Counted from the stretch's first letter, positions 40,913-51,419 are shown. The stretch is 64,000 nucleotides of DNA from an uncultured virus (IMG/VR IMGVR_UViG_3300023239_000006) (IMGVR_UViG_3300023239_000006:62001-126000), one strand, 5' to 3'. Translations and numbers: made by a program. Notes: generated by a model not told the origin, from the sequence alone.

Positions 40913-41263
40913 ATGGACGATCAACTCAAACAAGCTCTGGACTTTGCCAATTATCGCCAGACATTTTCAATCCAACGACAAACACTTAAAGAAAAAATTG
41001 AAGCCAAACTAACTTACGGCGTTAGCGGAGGCATCTTTAAAATTGATAAATCTTTAATTGCCTATGTGCAAATGTTAGTAGATAGAGGGCGCACTGGAGG
41101 CGTGCCGTTAATTGATTCAAACGATAATCCTATTCTTATTACTAATCTCGAAGATTTCCGCGATAAAATCTTAGACAGATACTATACTACTACTTTTGAG
41201 TACTACGATCAATACCAAGAGTTAAAAAAAAGTAGATCAGTAGAAAAATTGTTAGATCTATGA
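40913..41263 (+). CDS. hypothetical protein
   Basis: AGGAG RBS; ATAAATA at 40880-40886; first gene of the glyco-cassette. Confidence 0.75.
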   Translation: MDDQLKQALDFANYRQTFSIQRQTLKEKIEAKLTYGVSGGIFKIDKSLIAYVQMLVDRGRTGGVPLIDSNDNPILITNLEDFRDKILDRYYTTTFEYYDQYQELKKSRSVEKLLDL

Positions 41264-42123
41264 AATGCGGCGCACTAATATTTGCACATAATAACAGAGA
41301 GGTTGATTACGCTTTACTGTCTATAATATCTGCAGGGCTAGTTAAAAAGAATTTACAAGTCCCAGTATCTCTAGTTAGTGATGAATCTACTATTGAGTGG
41401 ATGAAAACTTCTAACATTTATAGTAGAGCTGTAGAAGTATTTGATCAAATTATCCAAGTAGAAAAACCTGTTACTAATAACTATCGCAATCTACATGATG
41501 GTACAAGTAAGAAAATCGTGCCTTTTGTAAATTCTAATCGTGCCAGCGCCTACGACCTAACACCGTATGATAGGACATTACTGCTTGATAGTGATTTTTT
41601 AATATTTTCAGATAGATTAAATGAATATTGGGAAGTAGATGAAGATGTCCTAATAGCAGAATCAATGTTAGATTTTTACAGCCAATCACGCATGGGTTAT
41701 CATGACAAGTATATTTCTGATACTGGAGTACACATGTTTTGGGCTACCACTGTGATGTTTACTAAAAATAAAAACGGAAAAAGATTTTTTGACCTAGTAA
41801 ATTTCGTTAGAGAAAACTATCAATACTACGGAGATCTGTTTAGATTTGATACAAAACAATATCGAAATGATATTGCATTTAGTGTTGCTAATCACATACT
41901 TTTTGGGTTTAAAACTGATAAACGCATTAGCCTGCCAAAGTTATTAACTGCTATTGACAAAGACATATTACACAGCGTAGACGACTCTGGAAAATTAATT
42001 TTTCTAATCAATGCAAATTTAAACGATAAATTTTGCGCAGCAGCAATTAAAGATATCGATGTGCATGTTATGAACAAAGAAAGCATTGTGAGAAATGCAA
42101 AATCTCTATTGAGGTTAATATGA
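41260..42123 (+). CDS. GT-A fold glycosyltransferase-like protein
   Basis: 'TPYDRTLLLDSDFL' DxD motif and 'RNDIAFSVA'. Confidence 0.65.
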   Translation: MKCGALIFAHNNREVDYALLSIISAGLVKKNLQVPVSLVSDESTIEWMKTSNIYSRAVEVFDQIIQVEKPVTNNYRNLHDGTSKKIVPFVNSNRASAYDLTPYDRTLLLDSDFLIFSDRLNEYWEVDEDVLIAESMLDFYSQSRMGYHDKYISDTGVHMFWATTVMFTKNKNGKRFFDLVNFVRENYQYYGDLFRFDTKQYRNDIAFSVANHILFGFKTDKRISLPKLLTAIDKDILHSVDDSGKLIFLINANLNDKFCAAAIKDIDVHVMNKESIVRNAKSLLRLI

Positions 42124-42959
42124 ACTTTGGATATCTAATATTTGTAGCCAAGCACGAAACAGTTGACTATGCTAAACTAGCGTATGCATTAGCATTAAGT
42201 ATTAAGAATACACAAAAAGAAGGGTACGATAAGGTTGCAATAGTAATTGACAATCCTGCCGACTTAGATAGATTTGAATCTAAATGGGTATTTGATCACA
42301 TTATTCCGTGGGATCAAGAAACTTTTTGGAACGGTCGTAGTTGGATGGATAAGCTAACCCCGTTTGAGTACACTGTCTGTTTAGATGTTGATATGTTGTT
42401 TCTAAAAGATTATAGTCACTGGATTGATTATTTCATTGAAAATAATAAGTTATATATTCCAAATAAAAGCTACACATATCGAGGTGAGATAGTAACTAGC
42501 GACGACTATCGTAAAACTTTTACCAAAAATAATCTGCCAAATTTATATTCATTCTTTACATTCTTTAAGAAAGATAGTACACTAGTTAATGAGTTCTTTA
42601 CTCTTGGACGTTATATTATTAAAAATCCCAAGGAGTTTTCTAACTTGTTTCTTACTGCACTTAAACCAAAAGTAGTAGGGACAGATGAAGCGTTTGCCCT
42701 TAGTGCAAAGATTTTAGGAATAGAAGATATAATTGCCTATGATTTAGAATTTCCTAGGGTAGTGCATCTAAAACCGCTAGTACAGAATTGGCCATGGCCT
42801 GCCGACAGGTGTTCTGATCATGTTGGATTTTATTTTAATAAACAGGGAAAATTAAAAATAGGAAATTATCAGCAGAATGATATTGTACACTATGTTGAAA
42901 AAGATTTAATTACAACCGAAATGATAAACATCTTAGAGGAACTAGCATGGAAGAAATGA
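42120..42959 (+). CDS. GT-A fold glycosyltransferase-like protein
   Basis: 'TPFEYTVCLDVDML' DxD motif and 'TDEAFALSA'; paralogous to the upstream gene. Confidence 0.65.
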   Translation: MNFGYLIFVAKHETVDYAKLAYALALSIKNTQKEGYDKVAIVIDNPADLDRFESKWVFDHIIPWDQETFWNGRSWMDKLTPFEYTVCLDVDMLFLKDYSHWIDYFIENNKLYIPNKSYTYRGEIVTSDDYRKTFTKNNLPNLYSFFTFFKKDSTLVNEFFTLGRYIIKNPKEFSNLFLTALKPKVVGTDEAFALSAKILGIEDIIAYDLEFPRVVHLKPLVQNWPWPADRCSDHVGFYFNKQGKLKIGNYQQNDIVHYVEKDLITTEMINILEELAWKK

Positions 42960-43570
42960 GTGACTTAGAAACATTGATGGCAAATATAGAAATGCCTGAA
43001 ATTAAGTACGTTGCAGTATTTGATCCTGATACTGGGGAAGTAACCAGTGTCGGACCGTCTTATGCGTTTCCTGAAGAAAAGTTTACCTTAGATCTCGATG
43101 ACGAAACTGCACTTTCTATAATAGAAGGCAGAACAAAGATACATGCGTGTTTTGTTGACCCTACATCAAATACTCTAGAGCTAACTGGACGCAGGACAGA
43201 GCTTAAAATGGACGATGTGCTGCATAGAATAGTTGATAGTCGATGGAGCAATATAGAAAAACCAGACCTTCACATTACATACGATAATAACACTATAGTT
43301 TTTCAACTAACGGAAGAATTATATGGAACTTATATTTTAGATAAGAAGTTCCAACCGGTAAAGAAAAGAGAAGTTAGATGGGATAGGGACATGCAGCTTC
43401 ATTTTTTTATAACAGAATACAATGATCCTAATATACTTTATCAGTCTGTTGTTGTAACACTTGCTGATATTATAGCAAAATCTCACACAGTTGATGTAAC
43501 AAATTTACCAGTAAAGTTTAGTATATATACTAGGCGTGTTTTTAAAAATTACGTGATTGAAAAATTATGA
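42947..43570 (+). CDS. hypothetical protein
   Basis: 207-aa ORF overlapping both neighbours; AGAGG RBS. Confidence 0.7.
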   Translation: MEEMSDLETLMANIEMPEIKYVAVFDPDTGEVTSVGPSYAFPEEKFTLDLDDETALSIIEGRTKIHACFVDPTSNTLELTGRRTELKMDDVLHRIVDSRWSNIEKPDLHITYDNNTIVFQLTEELYGTYILDKKFQPVKKREVRWDRDMQLHFFITEYNDPNILYQSVVVTLADIIAKSHTVDVTNLPVKFSIYTRRVFKNYVIEKL

Positions 43571-44448
43571 GAATAGTTGAATTTGATATTATTTTTCTAA
43601 GTTATGATGAGCCTAATGCAGATTTGCATTACGCAGATTTATGCAATAAAGCACCATGGGCTAAACGTGTACATGGAGTTAAAGGCAGTGACACTGCTCA
43701 TAAAGCAGCAGCTGAGTTAAGCGATACTGATTGGTTCATTACAGTTGATGCAGACAATATGGTAGATCCTAAATTCTTTGATCTAGAACTAGACATGAGC
43801 GATCCTAAGATACAAGTCTACGGATGGTGTGCTAGAAATTCTATCAACGGTTTACGTTATGGTAACGGCGGCCTAAAGATTTGGAAAAAAGAGTTTGTGT
43901 TAAACATGCGCACACACGAAGCAGCAGAAAGCGATCGTGCCCAAGTTGATTTTTGTTGGGAAGATGGATACAAGAACTTTCCAAAGATCTATAGTGACAG
44001 CATTATTACAGGATCGCCTTTTCAAGCGTGGAGAGCAGGGTTTCGTGAAGGTGTTAAAATGACTCTGCTTGACGGCGAAAAAGTGCCAGCACAAGAAATA
44101 CAAGAACGTATTTGGTGGCATAATATTCATAGACTGCGTATGTGGTCGACTGTAGGTATGCACGAAGAACACGGTGCCTATGCAATCCTTGGCACACGTA
44201 TGGGAACATACATGACTAACTGTACAGATTGGAACTATGTAGATGTTAGAGACTTCGAGCTATTAAAAGATATCTACGAAGAAAAAGTTAACCACATCGA
44301 CGTCGAAGCCGATGCACAAGTGCTAGGTGAAAAGATTAAACAAGAGCTAGGTCTTAAGTGGCCTTGGTTAAATGCAGAACAGAGTAAGTACACATTAGCG
44401 CTTTATGATGAAACAATTAATTTAGGCTTAACTTATTACCGACAATGA
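43567..44448 (+). CDS. glycosyltransferase-like protein
   Basis: 'FITVDADN' DxD motif, 'NGLRYGNGGLK' and 'PFQAWRAGFRE'. Confidence 0.6.
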   Translation: MRIVEFDIIFLSYDEPNADLHYADLCNKAPWAKRVHGVKGSDTAHKAAAELSDTDWFITVDADNMVDPKFFDLELDMSDPKIQVYGWCARNSINGLRYGNGGLKIWKKEFVLNMRTHEAAESDRAQVDFCWEDGYKNFPKIYSDSIITGSPFQAWRAGFREGVKMTLLDGEKVPAQEIQERIWWHNIHRLRMWSTVGMHEEHGAYAILGTRMGTYMTNCTDWNYVDVRDFELLKDIYEEKVNHIDVEADAQVLGEKIKQELGLKWPWLNAEQSKYTLALYDETINLGLTYYRQ

Positions 44449-45113
44449 AATACGATATAATCTTCATTAGTTACAGTGAGCCTAACGCGGACGAAAACTT
44501 TAATAAACTAAAGGCAAGATTTCCCTACGCTCAACGAGTTAGCGGAGTTACAGGAATACACCAGGCACACATTGCAGCAGCTAGGAAAGCCTTTACTAAG
44601 ATGTTTTGGGTAGTTGACGGCGATGCTGTAATTGTAGACACATTCAACTTTAATTATGTAGTAAGCAAATACGATCTAGAATGTGTACATGTTTGGCGCA
44701 GCCAAAATCCAGTTAATGGACTAGAATACGGATACGGCGGAGTTAAACTACTTCCTAAGAAGTTGACTATGACTATGGACTTAGCTAGACCTGACATGAC
44801 AACAAGCATTAGTCCGCTGTTTAAGGCCATGGAAGAGATCAGTAACATTACTGCATTTAACACTGATCCTTTTAACAGTTGGAAAAGTGCATTTAGAGAA
44901 TGTTGTAAATTATCTAGTCGCGTTATTGATAGACAAGACGATACTGAAACTCAACAACGATTAAACACCTGGTGTACAGTTGGCACAGACATCGATGTAC
45001 TTGCAGGAGCAATTGCTGGCCGCAAGTACGGTGAAGAAAATAAATTAGATGTAGAAGCATTAAAAAAGATTAATAATTTTAAATGGTTAGAGGAACAGTT
45101 CTATGGACGATAA
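44445..45113 (+). CDS. glycosyltransferase-like protein (paralogue of 43567-44448)
   Basis: 'FWVVDGD', 'NGLEYGYGGVK' and 'PFNSWKSAFRE'. Confidence 0.6.
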   Translation: MKYDIIFISYSEPNADENFNKLKARFPYAQRVSGVTGIHQAHIAAARKAFTKMFWVVDGDAVIVDTFNFNYVVSKYDLECVHVWRSQNPVNGLEYGYGGVKLLPKKLTMTMDLARPDMTTSISPLFKAMEEISNITAFNTDPFNSWKSAFRECCKLSSRVIDRQDDTETQQRLNTWCTVGTDIDVLAGAIAGRKYGEENKLDVEALKKINNFKWLEEQFYGR

Positions 45114-46470
45114 ACAACGCATACAAAAATTCATTCCCATAATGAAAGAAGTTAGTCCAACTTTCTGTTTGGCCAAATGGCATCACACTACTATCTATTT
45201 GCAAACGGGAGAAACACACAGTTGCTACCATCCTGCACCTCACAAAATTCCTTTGGCTGAAATTGCACTAGACCCAAGCGCATTACATAATACTAAAGAA
45301 AAAATTAGTGAACGTGCTGAAATGATTGCAGGCAAAAAGCCTAGTGGTTGCAATTATTGCTGGAACATTGAAGCAATGGGGGAGGATTATATTAGCGATC
45401 GCAAGGAGCGTAACGCAAGTATCTATACTGAGGAAAGACTCGGAGCTATAAAAGCTAATCCTCTAGCTCCTGTAAATCCACAATACATTGAGGTAAGTTT
45501 TGGTAATGAATGCAATTTCAAATGCGGATACTGCCATCCTAAGCATAGCAGTGCATACCACAAAGAGATCAAAGATTTTGGACCGTATGATATGGTTAAA
45601 AATCACCGCAATGATATTAACTGGTTCACTGTCTATGAAGAAGATACTAATCCCTACGTAGAAGCATGGTGGAAGTGGTGGCCCGAGGTTAGTAAGACCT
45701 TAACAATATTACGAATTACTGGCGGCGAACCGCTATTACAAAAATCAACTTGGAGACTCTTAGATGAGCTTGATAATAATCCTAAACCTAATCTCGAGCT
45801 TAATATTAATAGCAACTTCGGAGTTAAGACGATACTTATCGATCGATTAGTAGAAAAGGTAAATGCTCTCTTAGCTAAAGGTGCAATTAAAGACTTTAAG
45901 ATTTTTACTAGCATGGATACATGGGGACCGCAAGCGGAATACATACGCACAGGGCTAGATTTAACTGTTTGGGAAAAGAACTTAGATACATATCTAACTA
46001 AGACCACGTTACCGGTTACATTTATGTGTACCTTTAATATTCTAACAGTAACAAACTTCCAAAGTTTACTAGAAAAGATCTTAGAATGGCGTGTTAAGTA
46101 TAATGGCTTTGATCAGAACAAATGGCAGCGTATACGCTTTGACACTCCGTTCTTAAAAGAGCCATTACAATACGACATGAATTTATTGCCTAAAGATGAG
46201 TTTATGCCTTACATGCAAAGACATCTAGACTTCATTCTAGCCAATCTAGACGATAAAAACCGTAGCAAATTCAACGACTTAGAGTATGAAAAATTCCTAA
46301 GAGTAGTAAAATACATGGAATCAGCTATCTATACCCCAGAAAAACTAAAAGAAGGCAAACGAGACTTCTTTAATTGGTTTACAGAATACGACCGCAGACG
46401 CGGTACTAATTTCTTAGAAACATTTCCAGAATTGGAAAACTTCTATTTTGATTGCGGACAAACAGAATAA
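45103..46470 (+). CDS. radical SAM protein with N-terminal Cys-rich (twitch/SPASM-like) segment
   Basis: CNFKCGYC (CxxxCxxC) and TGGEPL; extra cysteines in FCLAKW, HSCYH and CNYCW. Confidence 0.85.
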   Translation: MDDKQRIQKFIPIMKEVSPTFCLAKWHHTTIYLQTGETHSCYHPAPHKIPLAEIALDPSALHNTKEKISERAEMIAGKKPSGCNYCWNIEAMGEDYISDRKERNASIYTEERLGAIKANPLAPVNPQYIEVSFGNECNFKCGYCHPKHSSAYHKEIKDFGPYDMVKNHRNDINWFTVYEEDTNPYVEAWWKWWPEVSKTLTILRITGGEPLLQKSTWRLLDELDNNPKPNLELNINSNFGVKTILIDRLVEKVNALLAKGAIKDFKIFTSMDTWGPQAEYIRTGLDLTVWEKNLDTYLTKTTLPVTFMCTFNILTVTNFQSLLEKILEWRVKYNGFDQNKWQRIRFDTPFLKEPLQYDMNLLPKDEFMPYMQRHLDFILANLDDKNRSKFNDLEYEKFLRVVKYMESAIYTPEKLKEGKRDFFNWFTEYDRRRGTNFLETFPELENFYFDCGQTE

Positions 46471-46477
46471 GGACACT

Positions 46478-47503
46478 ATGAGCAAAACAATTTTAATTAC
46501 AGGCGGCGCCGGGTTTATAGCTCACCATTTAGTTGATAAAATTTTAACCGAAACTGATTGGAAAATAGTAACCCTTGATCGATTAGATTATAGTGGCAAT
46601 TTAAATAGATTGAACGAAGTAGTAATGGCTCACCCGGCAATCGAGCGCAAACGTGTACGGGTAGTTCATCACGATCTAAAGGCAGAACTAAATTCTCAAA
46701 TTAGATCAATGATTGGAAAAGTTGATTTAATAGCGCACCTTGCAGCAGGCAGTCACGTCGACCGATCTATTGCGTATCCTATGGAATTCGTACAAGATAA
46801 TATAGTGGGCACTGTTAATCTAATGGACTATGCTCGTAATTTAGATAGTTTAGATCTATTTGCATATTTTTCAACAGATGAAATTTTTGGTCCAGCACCT
46901 GTTGGAGTTAGCTACAAAGAAAATGACAGATATAACAGCACCAATCCTTACAGTGCTAGCAAAGCTGCCGCAGAAGAAATGGTAGTTGCATACGAGAATA
47001 CCTACGGCCTTCCAGCAATTGTTACCCACACTATGAATGTATTTGGGGAAAGACAACATCCTGAAAAGTATATTCCTATGTGTATCAGAGGTGTTCGAGA
47101 TAACGAAAAAATTACAGTACATGCTAACGCAGAAAAAACAATTGCCGGATCAAGGCATTACATACATGCTCGAGACGTTGCAGATGCATTGATGTTTTTA
47201 TATCATACTGACCTTAGTAAATTAGAACCAGACTACGGTGGCGCAAAATGTCAAAAATTCAATATTGTAGGATCTACAGAGATTGACAATTTAAAATTAG
47301 CACAGTTTATTGCAGATGTCCAAGAAAAACCGCTCAACTACGAAATGTGTGATTTCCACACTAGTCGACCTGGCCACGATTTGCGATATGCACTAGATGG
47401 TAATAAGATGAAACAGTTAGGATGGGAACCTCAGCCTGCATATAAAAGATTAGAAGAAGTAATACATTGGACATTAAAAAACAATAGATGGCTAATAGTT
47501 TAA
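46478..47503 (+). CDS. NDP-sugar 4,6-dehydratase (RmlB/RfbB-like extended SDR)
   Basis: ITGGAGFI, HLAAGSHVDRS, FSTDE, YSASK and RPGHDLRY motifs. Start at ATG 46478 after AAGGA. Confidence 0.9.
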   Translation: MSKTILITGGAGFIAHHLVDKILTETDWKIVTLDRLDYSGNLNRLNEVVMAHPAIERKRVRVVHHDLKAELNSQIRSMIGKVDLIAHLAAGSHVDRSIAYPMEFVQDNIVGTVNLMDYARNLDSLDLFAYFSTDEIFGPAPVGVSYKENDRYNSTNPYSASKAAAEEMVVAYENTYGLPAIVTHTMNVFGERQHPEKYIPMCIRGVRDNEKITVHANAEKTIAGSRHYIHARDVADALMFLYHTDLSKLEPDYGGAKCQKFNIVGSTEIDNLKLAQFIADVQEKPLNYEMCDFHTSRPGHDLRYALDGNKMKQLGWEPQPAYKRLEEVIHWTLKNNRWLIV

Positions 47504-48276
47504 TTAATATTAATAATTTATCAACAGCATTTGATAATTTTCATAAAGAAAAATATTCACACTGTGTAATTGATAATTTTTTAAATGAAGATGTTGCTAC
47601 CCAGATAGCAGCAGATTTTCTTGCGTATGATTCTGGATTATTTAACGGCAACTATGATAATCAAATTGAACTGAAGCGTACTTGTAATATATGGGATAGA
47701 TTCCCTGCGAGTATCTACCAACTAATAACATATCTTAATTCACCTACATTTATAGACGTACTATTGACATACACAGATTGCGGCACGCTATATTCTGATC
47801 CAGGAATCCACGGAGGTGGCTTACATTCTCATCCAGATGGCGGTAAACTAAATCCGCATCTTGATTATAATCTTCATCCTAAATTAGGCCTACAGAGAAA
47901 GTACAATCTTCTTATCTACCTTACTCCTGATTGGCAACTAGAATGGGGAGGAGATTTTGGCATATGGGGAAGTGATGGCACTGCTCCCACTCATCTAATT
48001 AAACAAATATCTCCTATCTTTAATAGAGCAATTTTCTTTGATACTTCCCAGTCGTTCTGGCACGGACTAGCAACTACTGTTTCATGCCCACTAAATATAT
48101 CAAGAAACAGTCTAGCAATATATTACCTAACAGATCCGCCAACTGACACCAATACTCGAAACAGAGCACTTTTTTCTCCTACTTCGGATCAAAAAAATAA
48201 TCTTGAAGTATTAGACTTAATAAAGAGGCGAAGCATTACTAATGGCAATAATGTAGAACAGTGGAATAGATTATGA
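47488..48276 (+). CDS. 2OG-Fe(II) oxygenase
   Basis: 'GGGLH...LNPHLDYN...NLLIYL..W..EWGG...P.FNRAIFF...WHG...RNSLAIYY' gives the HxD...H...R set. Confidence 0.85.
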   Translation: MANSLININNLSTAFDNFHKEKYSHCVIDNFLNEDVATQIAADFLAYDSGLFNGNYDNQIELKRTCNIWDRFPASIYQLITYLNSPTFIDVLLTYTDCGTLYSDPGIHGGGLHSHPDGGKLNPHLDYNLHPKLGLQRKYNLLIYLTPDWQLEWGGDFGIWGSDGTAPTHLIKQISPIFNRAIFFDTSQSFWHGLATTVSCPLNISRNSLAIYYLTDPPTDTNTRNRALFSPTSDQKNNLEVLDLIKRRSITNGNNVEQWNRL

Positions 48277-49601
48277 ATTTTCTTTTTGAAAACACTCAAG
48301 AACAAACAAATTTTTTAGAATGTCCAGATGTTAACTCATCAGGTATACGACGATTTACTACTAGTCCGTTTGTATCTTCTTTAATTAGATGGAAAACTAC
48401 AAAGCAGCCTCTGTCCGGTCTTAACAGCATATCTGTAAAAGTAGATTTATCAAAAAATAAAAAATTATATGACAAGTACATTATATCAACCGGAGTAGCA
48501 CATTCACCGTGGGATTGGTGCGGGTATACTGAGCTAAACACGCAGTATGATTCTTATATGTCTGAACGAAAATCAGTATTTGCCTATCTAAGCGAAAAGC
48601 AACTATCAGCAATTCGCAAAAAGAAATGCTACTTACTATTAGATCAATCGCATGAAGGCTATCATACTATTTGGCTGTTTAAGTGGTTTCACGACTGCTG
48701 TTCTCATTACAATATAAACCCAACTCAAGTAATATATGTAACTGGCAATCTTGCAGTTATTGAACAGTATAGTAATTGGTGCAGTGAGAATGTACCCCAA
48801 TCAAAACTATGCGTAATTCCAAATATACAATTTGAAGAATTTATACAAACCGCTGTTGAAAATCAAATAAGAACTCTGCCAACATCTAGTCAACAAGTAG
48901 AATACAAAACAAAAAATATAGAAGACATCAAAGTATACAACGCATTTCAAAAGCGATCACGTCCCCACCGAATCTGGCTGTTCAGCAAGTTATACGAAAA
49001 TCAATTAATGAATGATGGCGTCAATAGCATGAATTCTTTTAGTTATCGTAACTCTCACTATGAAGGTCGAGTGCTTGATCCAGAATTATACAAATCGTTT
49101 ATAAACTTGTTACCTATGTATCCTAGAAACAATCTTGATAGTAAGAATAAAAAAGGATTTGAAGGATCGTTGGGCGACTTGTTTGAACAAGATTTAAATC
49201 AGCAAGAAACATTAGACACTTGGATCAGTGTAGTTAGTGAAGCATCATTTGCTGAAGATACTTGCTTTATAAGTGAAAAAAGTTTTAAGCCAATTGCAGT
49301 CAATCATCCATTTATACTGTATGGAAACAAAAATAGTTTAAAATATTTTAGAGAGCTAGGATATAAAACATTTGGTGAATTTATTGATGAGTCTTATGAT
49401 AGTTTAGAATCTTGGGATAGACTAGATGCAATTATAAAAATAATACAAAATATTAAAGCAATGTCTTCCGATGAAAAATTAAAATGGTTCATATCAATGC
49501 AGCCTATTTTAGATCATAATTTTAAAACCTTAGAAGAAAATACAAGAAAGCGATTACCAAGTTCTATAACTTTATTGCACAACTATTTTCTTGGAAACTA
49601 A
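48273..49601 (+). CDS. hypothetical protein with glycosyltransferase-like C-terminus
   Basis: 'RPHR...SVVSE...FISEKSFKPI...PFILYG...GYKTF...DESYD'. The SEK motif is reminiscent of GT10-type nucleotide-sugar binding (inference). Confidence 0.5.
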   Translation: MNFLFENTQEQTNFLECPDVNSSGIRRFTTSPFVSSLIRWKTTKQPLSGLNSISVKVDLSKNKKLYDKYIISTGVAHSPWDWCGYTELNTQYDSYMSERKSVFAYLSEKQLSAIRKKKCYLLLDQSHEGYHTIWLFKWFHDCCSHYNINPTQVIYVTGNLAVIEQYSNWCSENVPQSKLCVIPNIQFEEFIQTAVENQIRTLPTSSQQVEYKTKNIEDIKVYNAFQKRSRPHRIWLFSKLYENQLMNDGVNSMNSFSYRNSHYEGRVLDPELYKSFINLLPMYPRNNLDSKNKKGFEGSLGDLFEQDLNQQETLDTWISVVSEASFAEDTCFISEKSFKPIAVNHPFILYGNKNSLKYFRELGYKTFGEFIDESYDSLESWDRLDAIIKIIQNIKAMSSDEKLKWFISMQPILDHNFKTLEENTRKRLPSSITLLHNYFLGN

Positions 49602-49603
49602 TA

Positions 49604-50632
49604 ATGTACAATAAACAAATTATCGAAATCAATACTGATCTCAAAAGAACACGTAAAGCTATCATTAGCTTAGGATGCTCTTTTGTTGAAGGTCAAGGCG
49701 CAGTTAATCAAGAAATTTATGACAACTATGAATGGAGTATGACAAAGACCGGAATTCCTATGAGTCCTATCTTAACTGCTAGTCAACAAACTACTTTGCT
49801 TTCTAATCATCCTGAATTGTTACTAGAAACTGGAGGTATAAATTGGACATTTATGGAATATCAAAATGCATTTGTTAATATACTATGCAAAAAATATTTT
49901 GATGCAGGCTATACTCCCATTAATTTTGGTCTAAGAGGTAAGGGTAATCGAGCTTCAATTAAAAGTTTGTATTTTCATCCTCAACTAAATTGGCAGGACA
50001 TTGACGAGTTGATAGTTATATATGTGCCAAGCGGCCCTGAACGTTTTGATTTTGTAAGTGACGAATTCAATGAACACCAGCAGTTTCAATGTGCTTGGCC
50101 TTGGTATGAAGATCAAGAAAAAAGCCCTCGGAAGACACTGTGGAAAGGATACGGTACTGCAATATACAGCGAAAAGTCAGCAATGCTAGAGCAAATATCA
50201 AATGTTATTGAATTGGAAAACTGGTGTAAACTAAAAAACGCAAAATTAATAATTACTCCTGGATTTGATAGATCGTATAAAAAAGAAAGATTTAACGAAA
50301 TTATTCAAAATACAGTAGAGAGGAATCATCTCCAACAAACTACAAAGTATACAGACTATGCACATGACAAAAAAACAACTAGACGATCTGTTGCTGACCA
50401 AACAATATTTAACGCAATTGTAGAGCAATGGCCATGGGACAAAATGTTTGTTCCGCAGGGCTGCAACACATTTATGGACTTATGCCTAAAGCAAGAAGGG
50501 CTAGAACACACTGGTTACTGGGACTACAATGGCAAGGGAACTCCTAATTATTGGATAACCAAATGCTGTCATCCTAGTGCAAAGGGGCACGATCTATTTG
50601 CACAAGAACTTTTTAAATTCATTACGGCGTAA
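49604..50632 (+). CDS. SGNH-hydrolase-like protein
   Basis: Block I-like LGCSFVEG, G..N, and C-terminal HPSAKGH. Confidence 0.55.
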   Translation: MYNKQIIEINTDLKRTRKAIISLGCSFVEGQGAVNQEIYDNYEWSMTKTGIPMSPILTASQQTTLLSNHPELLLETGGINWTFMEYQNAFVNILCKKYFDAGYTPINFGLRGKGNRASIKSLYFHPQLNWQDIDELIVIYVPSGPERFDFVSDEFNEHQQFQCAWPWYEDQEKSPRKTLWKGYGTAIYSEKSAMLEQISNVIELENWCKLKNAKLIITPGFDRSYKKERFNEIIQNTVERNHLQQTTKYTDYAHDKKTTRRSVADQTIFNAIVEQWPWDKMFVPQGCNTFMDLCLKQEGLEHTGYWDYNGKGTPNYWITKCCHPSAKGHDLFAQELFKFITA

Positions 50633-50633
50633 T

Positions 50634-51419
50634 ATGTATAAGTTGCTAAATGCAAGCCCGTTGCCTGATTATGTAACTGATTATAAATTTTTAAAATCCT
50701 TAATACTAAATTACGCAGACGATGCAACACCCGGGCACCAAATTTATTCAAATAAGTTTACTTCGTATGATTCGCCTGCCCTGTTTGAGAAAAATTTACA
50801 AACTCAGCCAGATGACTGGCATTATCGATCAAAAGAAGTAACATACGCTTGCAATCTTAATGGTTATAGAGCAGACGAGTGGCATTTAATTGACTGGCAA
50901 AATGCTGTTGTAGTATTTGGATGTTCTTGCACACTAGGAGTAGGGTTAGCTGAGGATGAAACAGTTACTGCTCAATTGTCTAAAATGTTAAATAGACCAG
51001 TGGTTAATATGGGCGCTAGTGCATCTTCTATGCAATTTTCTTTTATAAACTCAACATTACTATCTAAGTATTTTCCAACTCCGTATGCTGTAGTCAACTT
51101 ATGGACAAATATAGATAGATTTACTATTTTTAAAGATTACAAGATAGATCACGCTGGTCCGTGGGACGATACGGCTATGTATAAAGAATATGCAACTAAT
51201 ATCCATCATTCAATGACAGAAGCTAGCTACATATCTATTGCAAGTAGGGAGCTTTGGAAAAATCGGTGCAAGTATTATTCTGCTAGTTTTTTTGACCAAA
51301 CAGCACACTACACAGAAAGTGCATGGATTGAAATTGATAATCAAGCAAGGGATCTAACTCATCCTGGAAGAATATCATCTAAAAAAATGGCTCGATTAAT
51401 TTCTAGAAATATTGCTTAA
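50634..51419 (+). CDS. SGNH-hydrolase-like protein
   Basis: FGCSCTLG, VVNMG and RDLTHPG (DxxH). Start moved to ATG 50634, just after the upstream stop. Confidence 0.55.
   Translation: MYKLLNASPLPDYVTDYKFLKSLILNYADDATPGHQIYSNKFTSYDSPALFEKNLQTQPDDWHYRSKEVTYACNLNGYRADEWHLIDWQNAVVVFGCSCTLGVGLAEDETVTAQLSKMLNRPVVNMGASASSMQFSFINSTLLSKYFPTPYAVVNLWTNIDRFTIFKDYKIDHAGPWDDTAMYKEYATNIHHSMTEASYISIASRELWKNRCKYYSASFFDQTAHYTESAWIEIDNQARDLTHPGRISSKKMARLISRNIA

Noticed and set aside
45103..46470. Second queE or anaerobic RNR activase
   Set aside because: Much longer than either, lacks the QGEG motif and lies in the glycosylation operon.
2..50633. ORF-track starts at 2, 46448 and 50577
   Set aside because: Downstream ATGs (23, 46478, 50634) fit RBS position or translational coupling better.
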